The notes under the pieces: generated by a model
What the model saw: the letters and a program-made list of their open reading frames with translations, nothing else
Databases searched by the model: none
What the model was told of the DNA's origin: nothing
Made by a program: the position numbers and the translations under genes
Assembly: GCA_003669255.1 (NCBI GenBank)
Contig: QWPO01000060.1
Location: 1-38,117 of the forward strand
Reading direction: 5' to 3'
DNA: 38,117 bases
Origin: Planctomycetota bacterium
GTDB taxonomy: Bacteria > Planctomycetota > Planctomycetia > Pirellulales > UBA1268
In this document: positions 26,901 to 34,144 of the stretch, in pieces
How the letters are laid out: the number at the start of each line of letters is the position of its first letter
How positions within the stretch are numbered: position 1 is the stretch's first letter

Positions 26901-28170
26901 GGTAGAGCATCCGCTCCGCGGGCGGCTCAGCCTCTCCGCGGAGCATCGCGGCGAGGCTCGTGCCGTCAACACCTGCGGGTATCCGTTCCGCGAGGCCCGC
27001 GAGATCGAGGAGCGTCGGCAGCCAGTCCTCGAAGCCGCTGGGCGAATCGATCACGCGGCCGGCTACAATTTGGCCGGGCCAGACGGCGACCGTCGGCACC
27101 CTGAGGCCACCCTCGTAGGGCGACCCCTTCCAGTCGCGCATGGTGTCGTTGCTCGCGAGTCGCTGCGTGTCGAGGCCGCCAGTTCCCGGCATCGTGGCCC
27201 CGTTGTCACTCGAGAACACGAAGATCGTGTCGTCGGCGAGATTCAACTCATCGAGGAGTTTCATGATCCGGCCCACCTCGCGATCCAGCCGCGTGACCAT
27301 CGCCGCGTAGGTCGCCAGCGGTCGGCGGCATGGGACGTAGCCCCGGCCTCCGAGATATGGCTGCTCGTCGCCGAAGTGATCGTAGTAGCCGGCCAGCGAC
27401 GGCTCGTCGGCGGGCACCTGGAGCGCCAGGTGTGGGACTGTCGTGGGCACGTACAGGAAGAACGGCCTCGTGGCATTGGCCCGCACGAACGCCAGTTGCT
27501 GCTCGGCGATCAGGTCGGCCGAGTAGGCCGTTCCCGAGAAGCTCGCGAAGGCAGCGTCGCCGGGGGGCGGGTCGGCCGGAATCGATCCGCCTCGCGGCAC
27601 AGGCGGGTTGTCGATCTCAACCCGCTCGCGGTCGCTCCAGAGATGCTGCGGATAGTAGCTGTGGGCCTCCCGCTGGCAGTTGTAGCCGAAGAACCGCTCG
27701 AATCCGGAGGCCAGCGGCTCCGACGGGCTCCCTGGAGCGCCAAGACCCCACTTGCCGAAGCAGCCCGTCGCATAACCCGCATCCCGCAGGAGCGACGCGA
27801 GTGTCGCGGTGCCGGCCGGCATGGACGCCTGCCCCTCCGGCTTCGCTTCGCGATTCGAACGAACGACGGCATGACCCGGATGCCTGCCCGTGAGCAGCAC
27901 ACAGCGGCTCGGGGCGCAGACGGCGCTTCCCGCCCAGTGCCGGGAGAGCCGGGTGCCGCGGCCGAACAGGGCATCGATCTCGGGGGTCTTGATATCCCGA
28001 GAGCCCAGGCAAGAAAGGTCGCCGCTGCCGAGGTCGTCACAGAGAAAGAAGACGATGTTTGGCCGACGTGACGCCGGGCTCGTGCCGGCGTCAGCGGCAG
28101 CCGGCTGGAAACGCGCCGGAACGCCCATGCAGAGTGCCAGCACGGCGAGGATCGAAGCCACTCGCATCAT
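23905..28170 (-). CDS. Tri-modular sulfatase: three complete S1 (formylglycine-dependent) sulfatase domains in one ~1421-aa exported polypeptide
   Basis: One uninterrupted ORF. Module 1: FFLCDDLGSGD, CAPSRCVLLTGRH (Cys codon 27916-27918), SSDNG. Module 2: VFLADDMRAD, CVPSRAMLLSGR (26413-26415), GKWH, AADQG. Module 3: VVLIDDLGYGD, CSVSRAQLLTGCY (25141-25143), GKWHLG, TSDNG. The only signal peptide is at the N-terminus (MMRVASILAVLALCMGVPA). GGAGGAGG lies directly upstream of ATG 28170/28167, and the track's GTG 28182 sits inside this RBS. Confidence 0.9.
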   Translation of the reverse strand: MMRVASILAVLALCMGVPARFQPAAADAGTSPASRRPNIVFFLCDDLGSGDLSCLGSRDIKTPEIDALFGRGTRLSRHWAGSAVCAPSRCVLLTGRHPGHAVVRSNREAKPEGQASMPAGTATLASLLRDAGYATGCFGKWGLGAPGSPSEPLASGFERFFGYNCQREAHSYYPQHLWSDRERVEIDNPPVPRGGSIPADPPPGDAAFASFSGTAYSADLIAEQQLAFVRANATRPFFLYVPTTVPHLALQVPADEPSLAGYYDHFGDEQPYLGGRGYVPCRRPLATYAAMVTRLDREVGRIMKLLDELNLADDTIFVFSSDNGATMPGTGGLDTQRLASNDTMRDWKGSPYEGGLRVPTVAVWPGQIVAGRVIDSPSGFEDWLPTLLDLAGLAERIPAGVDGTSLAAMLRGEAEPPAERMLYRELTEGKWQAAVDGRWKAIRRAVGPNKPAEPGPIELYDLAADPSETTNVTGRNPAVAERMRLILDREHVPHPDWPLPFADAANGPSAPSRPIAEKPGDGERFESAEARCRPSVIVFLADDMRADTIHALGNAAIRTPTIDALVTRGTSFDRAYCMGAMQGAVCVPSRAMLLSGRSLFRVREQLGGCDTWPEAFERAGYRTFATGKWHNGKESLVRCFAEGSHVFYGGMHGHFGLPTVSFRGHAEPEPDAATDRHSSAIIGGAAEAFIEDLGDEPFFAWCAFTAPHDPRQPQREFRRRYDGHEPPPPANFLPEHPFDNGDLAVRDEKTLPRPLAPQRISAELADYYALIEGMDDQIGRVLAALEKKGRLDDTLVLFAADQGLALGSHGLLGKQNLYEHSMRAPAVMAGPGVPAGRRVDALAYLFDLTATLGDLAGVPAPRDSEGLSLAPVVRGEQAAIRESILLAYKNVQRAVVTPDWKLIAYPRSQVTQVFEVASDPGEQRDRAADPAVAGRRRDLEATLAAAQHRAGDPLATRTAVRPPNVVVVLIDDLGYGDIGPFGATKQKTPHLDRMACEGMKLTSFYAAPVCSVSRAQLLTGCYGVRVSVPGVFFPAGRNGLNPTEVTMAERLKSLGYATACFGKWHLGDQREFLPCRQGFDRYLGIPYSNDMQKKSAETGERVVPLVRDDRVVELLTDEMQRGIVERCTDEAVAFIRDSKGKPFFLYVPHTAVHVPLAPGERFRGKSGNGRFGDWVEEVDWSVGRILDTLREDGLDGDTLVIFTSDNGPWAAKGKDGGSVGPLRGAKASTWEGGVRVPTIAWWPGRVQAGSTCDAFAGTIDLLPTFVGLAGGEVAATPTIDGRDITGLLMGTSHESAREAHYYFKGTALQAVRDGRWKLVIAPQPNDTGAENTAAEASLVNPRLYDLKADVGETVDVATEHPDTVVRLRLLAERMAAELCGPHAPGRRPAGTVEKPVFLYPVVEEPAGDSRPAKRRVVKPAA

Positions 28171-28211
28171 CACCTCCTCCACCTGATCCGACGAGATCCA
28201 ATGATACGGCG

Positions 28212-31200
28212 TCAGTCACGCGGCGCGAGGACATCGCAGAGATAATCCTTCACGGCGATGTACCGGGGTTTCGACCCCGGATAGGCCAGTTCACAGTCCA
28301 CGCCGACTGCATCGAGCCGCTCCTTGAGCTTCGCGCCCAAGTTGGCCGAGTGTGTCGGGTCTTTCGCTGGCTTGCCCAGATCCGGCGGCGACGCGTAGAC
28401 GAGATAGACAGGCGGATCATCGGCCGAGACCAGCGCGTAGGGCGAATACCTCGCGATCTCGGGAAGGAGCCTGCTGCGGGCCGCGAGGAACTCGGCAAAC
28501 GTCGGGGGTGGAAACGACTCCGCCGGAGTTTCTTCCTTCCCCGCACCCTTCCGCTTCTTGCCGGCGGACTTCCTGACCGCGGGCTTCTTCGCGGGGGTCG
28601 ATTCCTGCTGGCGGCGGTACGCGACCTTGAACGGGTTCTCCGCAGGACCGTCAAGGTTCTCATTGACGAGTTCCGCCTGCACACCCGCCCACCAGCGGTC
28701 GTAGAACTCGGCGAGGCGGCGGACCATGTCCGGGTTGCCATCGGCCACGTCCCGCACCTCGCCCGGATCGGCGGCAACGTCGTAGAGTTCCCAGCCGTCG
28801 GGGCTGTTGGCGACGTTGACGAGGCTCCAACGGCCTTCGCGAACGCGGACGTTCGCGAACTGGCTCGCCGCCGCCTGCCCACGCTTCCAGCGACCCTGAT
28901 GCGTCACGAGCGGCCGGTCGGGCCACTCGGCGGTCGCGTCGCGGAGCAGGGGCACGAGGCTGCGGCCCTCGATCTTCGCCGCGACCTCTGGCGGGACCTC
29001 GACGCCGGCGATCTCGCAGAGCGTCGGCAGCACGTCAAGATGGGCGGTCACCGCCGGCACATCGACGCCCTCAGGCAGCGATCCCTTCCACCGCCAGAAC
29101 GACGGCACCCGCGTGCCTCCCCGCCAGACGGTGCCCTTCGCCCCGCGCATCCCGGCGTTAAAGACGCTCGAACCGTTGGCTGTGCCGTTGTCGGTCGTGA
29201 ACACCACCAGCGTGTCCCCGGCCATGCCGAGCCGTTCAAGTTCGGCGAGCAGCCGGCCAACGTTCGTGTCGATGTTCTCGATCATGCCGTAGAACTTCGC
29301 GATCTGGGCCCGCTGCTTCGGGTCCCCCACGCCCGCCTTCTCAAGCAGGTCGAGGTACACCCCATCCGAGCCCGCCGGACAATCGAGCGGCGCGTGCGGG
29401 GCGTTGGACGTGATCATGCAGAAGAACGGTGTTTCGTTCTTCCTACAGCGGCGCATCCAGGCGAGCGCTTCGTCGAAAAACACGTCGGTACAGTAGCCCG
29501 TCGTTGCCACGAACTCGCCGTCGCTGCGGATCACGGGATCGACGTACCGGTTGCCCTCAACGTCGCCGCAGCTGCCGGGATACGTCTGGCCGATGCCCCC
29601 CGCGCCGTGGATGAACGAGCGGTCGAAGCCGCGACGGCCGGGCTGGTAGGCGTCTTCATCACCGAGATGCCACTTGCCGAAGATGCCGGTGGTGTAGCCG
29701 GCCCTTCGCAGCAGGTCGGGCAGGGTGGTGGCCGAGCGTGCCAACCGCTCCCGCTCATCGATCGTGTGCGTGACGCCCGAGTGGAACTCGTGCCGCCCAG
29801 TGAGCAGCGCCGCCCGCGTCGGGGCGCAGGTGGGGCTCGCATGAAACTCGGTGAGCCGCACGCTTTCCCGATACAGGCGGTCGAGATTCGGCGTACGGAT
29901 CACCGGATTGCCGTGGGCGGCGATGTCCCCGTAGCCCTGATCGTCGGTCATCACGTAGACGATGTTCGGCGGCCACCGTGCGGCCTTTCCCGCCCGTTCC
30001 TTCGCCGACGTCGGCGCGGCGAGCGCCCGGCACTCGTCGGCGATCCGACTCCATTCGGCGTCGAGCGCCCGGACCTGCTCCGGCTGCGCTGCGGCGAGGT
30101 CGTTTGTTTCGCAGCGGTCGGTCGCGAGATCGTAGAGTTCCCACGGCTGCTCCTTGACCGCCACGAGCTTCATGTCGCCCACGCGAGCGGCGCGGTGGCC
30201 TTCGTGGCACCACCAGAGGGCGTCGTGGGCCGGCGGCGCTGCTGGGCTCGCCAGCGACTTCGCGAAACTGCGACCGTGCAGCGGAGGCACGGTGGCGCCG
30301 TCGTGCTCTCGCGGAAGCGGCACCCCGGCGAGTTCCAGCGCCGTTGGCACGACATCGACGACGTGGACGGGCTGGTGGCGGAGTTCACCCCGCGCCGAAA
30401 TGCCGCGCGGCCAGTGGACAATCCAGGGCGTGGCAATGCCCCCTTCGTGGACCCAGGTCTTGTGCCGCCGAAACGGTGCGTTGCAGCAGCTCGACCAGCC
30501 CGGCCCGAGGCATAGAAAGGTCTTCCGCGAACCGGGCGGGGCCGACCGGTCGTGCCCTTCACCGCGGACCATGATCTCGGCCGAGGCGCCGTTGTCGCTC
30601 AGAAAGAGGATCAGCGTTTCGTCGAGGGCCTGCATCGCCTCGAGCTGGCGGACGATCCTGCCGACCTCGCGATCCATGCCTTCAACCATCGCCGCATGGA
30701 TCGCCATCTTGGTGGCCTGAAACTCCCGCTGCTCGGGCGTGAGCGTCTCCCATGGCAGGGGCCGCTCGACCTCGCCGGGGCCAAGCGCCTTCAAGGCGTC
30801 GGGGAACGAGTAGGGAGGGCCCACATCCCGTTCGATCGCGGCTGGTGGGGTCGTCACGATGCCATATTCCTTCAGCCGCGCCACGCGGGCCTGCCGCAGT
30901 TCATCCCAGCCGGGGCGGTAGCGGTCGCGAGTCTTCGCGATCAGATCGGGCGGCGCCTGAAGCGGGAAGTGGGGAGCAGTGAAGGCGACATAGTGGAAGA
31001 AGGGTGTTCCTGAGTGATTCCGCGAGTGCTCGGCAAGGCAGGCGACGGCATGGCCGCCGATCGCCGTCGTGGCATAGAAGTCGTCTGCTCTGCTCGCGGC
31101 TGGCATGCCAGCCGCTCCCGCGGGATCGAAGTAGTTGCTCTGGCCGATGGCGCTGATATCGAGCGACCGATGAAATCCCTGGGCGAGCGGATCGCCGTCG

Positions 31201-31592
31201 ACGTGCCATTTTCCCGAGTGGTAGGAGCGGTAGCCCGCGGGCGCGAGCAGGGCGGGAAGAAGCCGCGCCCAGGCGGGCCGCGCCGCCTTCACGCCACCGT
31301 CGCCTCCCGGCAGCGCATCGCGGCGGATTGCCTGCGCGTAGTAGCCCGTCAGTAGTGCCGCGCGAGTGGGCCAGCAGCGGGCGGTGTTGTAGGCGTTCGT
31401 ATAGCGGAGCCCTCCCGAAGCGAGCCGGTCGAGGTTCGGTGTGTCGATCTCGCCACCCTGGCAGCCAAGGTCGGAGAAGCCAAGATCGTCGGCCAGGATC
31501 ACGACCACGTTGGGCGGGGCAGCCGGCACCGAACCCACCACCGCCGTGGCGGCAACCAGGGCGGCGATGGCGGCTGACCACTGGCCTCGCAT
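28212..31592 (-). CDS. Bi-modular sulfatase with a Lys-rich linker and an extra ~105-aa C-terminal domain of unknown function
   Basis: Signal peptide MRGQWSAAIAALVAATAVVGSVPA. Module 1: VILADDLGFSD, CWPTRAALLTGYY (Cys codon 31374-31376), GKWH, LSDNG. Module 2: VMTDDQGYGD, CAPTRAALLTGRH (29826-29828), GKWHLG, TTDNG. The tail runs from ~residue 995 (nt ~28215-28610). GGAAGGAG lies 6 nt upstream of the ATG. Confidence 0.9.
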   Translation of the reverse strand: MRGQWSAAIAALVAATAVVGSVPAAPPNVVVILADDLGFSDLGCQGGEIDTPNLDRLASGGLRYTNAYNTARCWPTRAALLTGYYAQAIRRDALPGGDGGVKAARPAWARLLPALLAPAGYRSYHSGKWHVDGDPLAQGFHRSLDISAIGQSNYFDPAGAAGMPAASRADDFYATTAIGGHAVACLAEHSRNHSGTPFFHYVAFTAPHFPLQAPPDLIAKTRDRYRPGWDELRQARVARLKEYGIVTTPPAAIERDVGPPYSFPDALKALGPGEVERPLPWETLTPEQREFQATKMAIHAAMVEGMDREVGRIVRQLEAMQALDETLILFLSDNGASAEIMVRGEGHDRSAPPGSRKTFLCLGPGWSSCCNAPFRRHKTWVHEGGIATPWIVHWPRGISARGELRHQPVHVVDVVPTALELAGVPLPREHDGATVPPLHGRSFAKSLASPAAPPAHDALWWCHEGHRAARVGDMKLVAVKEQPWELYDLATDRCETNDLAAAQPEQVRALDAEWSRIADECRALAAPTSAKERAGKAARWPPNIVYVMTDDQGYGDIAAHGNPVIRTPNLDRLYRESVRLTEFHASPTCAPTRAALLTGRHEFHSGVTHTIDERERLARSATTLPDLLRRAGYTTGIFGKWHLGDEDAYQPGRRGFDRSFIHGAGGIGQTYPGSCGDVEGNRYVDPVIRSDGEFVATTGYCTDVFFDEALAWMRRCRKNETPFFCMITSNAPHAPLDCPAGSDGVYLDLLEKAGVGDPKQRAQIAKFYGMIENIDTNVGRLLAELERLGMAGDTLVVFTTDNGTANGSSVFNAGMRGAKGTVWRGGTRVPSFWRWKGSLPEGVDVPAVTAHLDVLPTLCEIAGVEVPPEVAAKIEGRSLVPLLRDATAEWPDRPLVTHQGRWKRGQAAASQFANVRVREGRWSLVNVANSPDGWELYDVAADPGEVRDVADGNPDMVRRLAEFYDRWWAGVQAELVNENLDGPAENPFKVAYRRQQESTPAKKPAVRKSAGKKRKGAGKEETPAESFPPPTFAEFLAARSRLLPEIARYSPYALVSADDPPVYLVYASPPDLGKPAKDPTHSANLGAKLKERLDAVGVDCELAYPGSKPRYIAVKDYLCDVLAPRD

Positions 31593-31644
31593 GTCGTGCT
31601 CCTTCCGATGGTTCGGCCTGGGCTCGATGCCGTACTCCGTTCCG

Positions 31645-32793
31645 CTACGGCTTCTCGATCTCAGCGACCACCTTCGAGTAGGCCGCCGAGCGTTCCTCTG
31701 GCTTCATGCCCCGCAGTTCGAGAAGCATCGGCCGCAGGCCGGTCGCCCAGGAGGCGTCCTTCGCCACCTTCTCATCGGCCTTGGCCCTCAGGGCATCGGC
31801 ATCCATGCCACCGGCGGCTGCGGCCGCCGCGATCACGCTCCGCAGATACTCCGCCGCCTGCACGTCGGGATTCGGTGCGGCCGGGGCGTCGAAGCGGCCG
31901 AGCGCCCAGGCGATGCCCTCGACCATGTGCTTCTGGAACATCGGTTCCTTCCAGGTTGCATCGTTGTGGCCAAAGTTCGTCGAGAACACACGGCCTTGCC
32001 CATAGTCGCGGACCCACGACACCGGCACGTGCCACGGCTCCTTCGGGGTGCTCGCCTGCATGTCGAGGCTTACGAGCACCCGGAGGTTCTCCGGCTTGTA
32101 CCGCATGTCGTACTGGTAGATCTCGTCCTGGCAGCGGAACCGCTCCGGAAACATCGCCGCCACGCGGTGACCGGGCTCGTGCACCACGAAGGCGTGCTCA
32201 CCGCCGGAGCCCCACGGATGCCCGGCGAAGTGGCCGCCGATCATCTCGCAGTAGGCGTCGGAACTCTTGAATGTGTCGGTGGCGGCGTGGAACCCGATGA
32301 AGGCCTTACCCGACTTAATCCACTCGAGGAAGGCCGTGAGGTCGGGCACCGGCAGCTCGCCCGTCGTGCTGAGGAAAATCACGCCGTCAAAGTCGCGGAG
32401 CGACTCCGTGGAAAAGACCTTCGCAAACTCCTTCGACAGCCCCGCCTGCCAGGCATCGTCGTCGCGGCGAAACTTCTCCTGCTCGGCCTGAAAGGCGGCC
32501 TCCTGGTTCTTCCAGTCGTCATCCGAAACATCCTTGCCCCGCTTCGGCGGCGTAGGCTGCGGCATCCGGCCCGGCGGCAGCCGCAGGAAATCGCAGTGAA
32601 AGAGGCCGGTCGAGCGGCCAAGTTCCTCGAGGATGGGCTCGGCCGTGCCGATCGACGCATGCCGAAATCCGGTGGTAACGCTCACCACCAGCAGCCGTGC
32701 CGGCTTTTCAGTCTCGGCGCGAGCCGCAACCCCGCCGAGCACCGCCACGACAGCCATCGAGACCGCCGCCAGAAACCAACAAAAACTACGCAT
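31645..32793 (-). CDS. Exported ThuA domain-containing protein
   Basis: LLVVSVTTGFRH, DGVIFLSTTG, AFIGFHAATDTF, GGHFAGHPWG, DEIYQY, PVSWVRDYGQGRVFSTNFGH and MVEGIAWAL form the ThuA-like pattern. The in-frame ATG at 32793 gives a signal/TM N-terminus (MRSFCWFLAAVSMAVVAVLGGVAARA) and overlaps the upstream stop (TAATG). Confidence 0.85.
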   Translation of the reverse strand: MRSFCWFLAAVSMAVVAVLGGVAARAETEKPARLLVVSVTTGFRHASIGTAEPILEELGRSTGLFHCDFLRLPPGRMPQPTPPKRGKDVSDDDWKNQEAAFQAEQEKFRRDDDAWQAGLSKEFAKVFSTESLRDFDGVIFLSTTGELPVPDLTAFLEWIKSGKAFIGFHAATDTFKSSDAYCEMIGGHFAGHPWGSGGEHAFVVHEPGHRVAAMFPERFRCQDEIYQYDMRYKPENLRVLVSLDMQASTPKEPWHVPVSWVRDYGQGRVFSTNFGHNDATWKEPMFQKHMVEGIAWALGRFDAPAAPNPDVQAAEYLRSVIAAAAAAGGMDADALRAKADEKVAKDASWATGLRPMLLELRGMKPEERSAAYSKVVAEIEKP

Positions 32794-34112
32794 TACTTCT
32801 CTCCAATGCACCACAGGGAATCGTGCGTCCTCAGGAACATCCGCCCATCGACGCACACGGGCGTCGCCACCATCATCTCCTCCACGCTGCCGCCGCCGAC
32901 GACCTCGGGGATTCGCCCGTGGTCCGCCGACTTCTCCCCAGCACCCGGCTCAGGCCAGCCCAACACGCTCGCCGCACCATCCTCCCGGACCACGAGCACG
33001 CGGCCATCCACGAGCACCGGCGACGCGCTGTAGGCACTGCGGTTCTTGGGGAGTTCCCTCCGCCAGCTCGTCTTGCCCGTGGCAGCGTCGAGCTCCTCGA
33101 CGATTCCCTTGTCGCCGCAGACGACGATCCGGCCGTCTTTGACCGCGGGCGTCGGCACATCGGCGCCGACGTCTTTGCGGACCCAGACCACGTGGCTCTG
33201 CGTGACGTCACCCGATCCGCCACGGCGGATCGCCGTGATGGTGTCACCACGGGCGTACGGCGCGATCACGAGATCGTCGGCAAGAACCGGCGAGGCAATC
33301 GAGCGGAAGAAGCCGTTGGCCTCAGGATTGAGCCCGCCAACCCGCCAGAGTTCCCTGCCGTTCGCCGCATCGTGGGCCGTGACGTGATCGGCGCCAAGCA
33401 CAAAGAGCACCTCGGCTGGCTCACCCTTCGCGGGGTCGCCGGCAGCAACGAGCGGCGTCGAGTAGCTCTGGGCCGCCTCCTCGGGCGCGGGCACGTCACG
33501 GTCGTGCTTCCACCGCAGTTCGCCCGTCGTACGATCGAAGGCGGCGAGATAGGAGGGCCCCGTCTGCATCACGGCGATGACGACGGCGTTACTCGTAAGC
33601 ACGGGTGAGGTACCGAGATCCCACCAGAGCGTGTCTTCGCCGAACCGCTGCTGGAGGTTCGTCCGCCACCGCTCCGCGCCGGTCGCCAGGTCGAGGCAGG
33701 CGAGTTCGCCGCTCTTGAAGTAGACCCACACGAGCTCACCGTCGGTGACAGGCGAAGAGTTCGCACCGGTTGCCTTCTTGTGCTTGCCGGCGCGGGCCTC
33801 GCCAAGCGTCTTTCGCCACAACTCCTTACCGGCGCGATCGAGGCAGATCACGGCGTCTTTGTCGTCGATGGTGCAGGTGACGATGAGCCGCTCGCCCCAA
33901 ACCGCCGGCGTGCTGGCGCCAAGCCCGGGCAGCGGCACCTTCCAGAGCACGTGCTGCTCAGGGCCCCACTCCGACACGTAGCCACCGCCCGCTGCCGCGC
34001 CGTCGAGCGCGGGCCCGCGCCAGTTGGGCCAGTTGTCGGCGACGGCCGTGACGGTCGTCGCCATCATCAGTCCCACGACTCCTGCCCGTCCGCTCGATCG
34101 CCGCATCGACAT
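32793..34112 (-). CDS. PQQ-like beta-propeller repeat protein (BamB-like fold), exported
   Basis: The N-terminal signal is followed by DNWPNWRGPALDG. Recurring propeller blades have W-K/R and G..TP.V....L/V motifs (LWKVPLPGLGASTPAVWGERLIV, RWRTNL, LRWKHD, LWRVGG, TSWRREL). GAGGAGG lies immediately upstream of the ATG. Confidence 0.85.
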   Translation of the reverse strand: MSMRRSSGRAGVVGLMMATTVTAVADNWPNWRGPALDGAAAGGGYVSEWGPEQHVLWKVPLPGLGASTPAVWGERLIVTCTIDDKDAVICLDRAGKELWRKTLGEARAGKHKKATGANSSPVTDGELVWVYFKSGELACLDLATGAERWRTNLQQRFGEDTLWWDLGTSPVLTSNAVVIAVMQTGPSYLAAFDRTTGELRWKHDRDVPAPEEAAQSYSTPLVAAGDPAKGEPAEVLFVLGADHVTAHDAANGRELWRVGGLNPEANGFFRSIASPVLADDLVIAPYARGDTITAIRRGGSGDVTQSHVVWVRKDVGADVPTPAVKDGRIVVCGDKGIVEELDAATGKTSWRRELPKNRSAYSASPVLVDGRVLVVREDGAASVLGWPEPGAGEKSADHGRIPEVVGGGSVEEMMVATPVCVDGRMFLRTHDSLWCIGEK

Positions 34113-34144
34113 GCCTCCTCATCCACCTGGTTGCGAAGGCTAGT

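Noticed and set aside
27745-27753. K-W-G instead of K-W-H in module 1 of the tri-modular sulfatase (FGKWGLG), considered as a sign of inactivation.
   Set aside because: The FGly motif (CAPSR) and the other signatures are intact. As far as I recall, the residue after KW varies between S1 subfamilies. Without an alignment this cannot be called a defect.
28059-30515. An 818-aa plus-strand ORF, together with similar long ORFs at 24244-25449, 26521-28071, 31441-33033, 35078-36994, 19609-20865, 18119-19504, 15426-16520, 21745-22653, 9916-10611, 2803-3876 and 3696-4724.
   Set aside because: All lie antisense to, or out of frame with, ORFs that carry clear family motifs. Their products are Arg/Gly/Pro/His-rich with no motifs, and they lack GC3 skew and an RBS. 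These are typical shadow ORFs of a GC-rich genome, where stop codons are rare in alternative frames.
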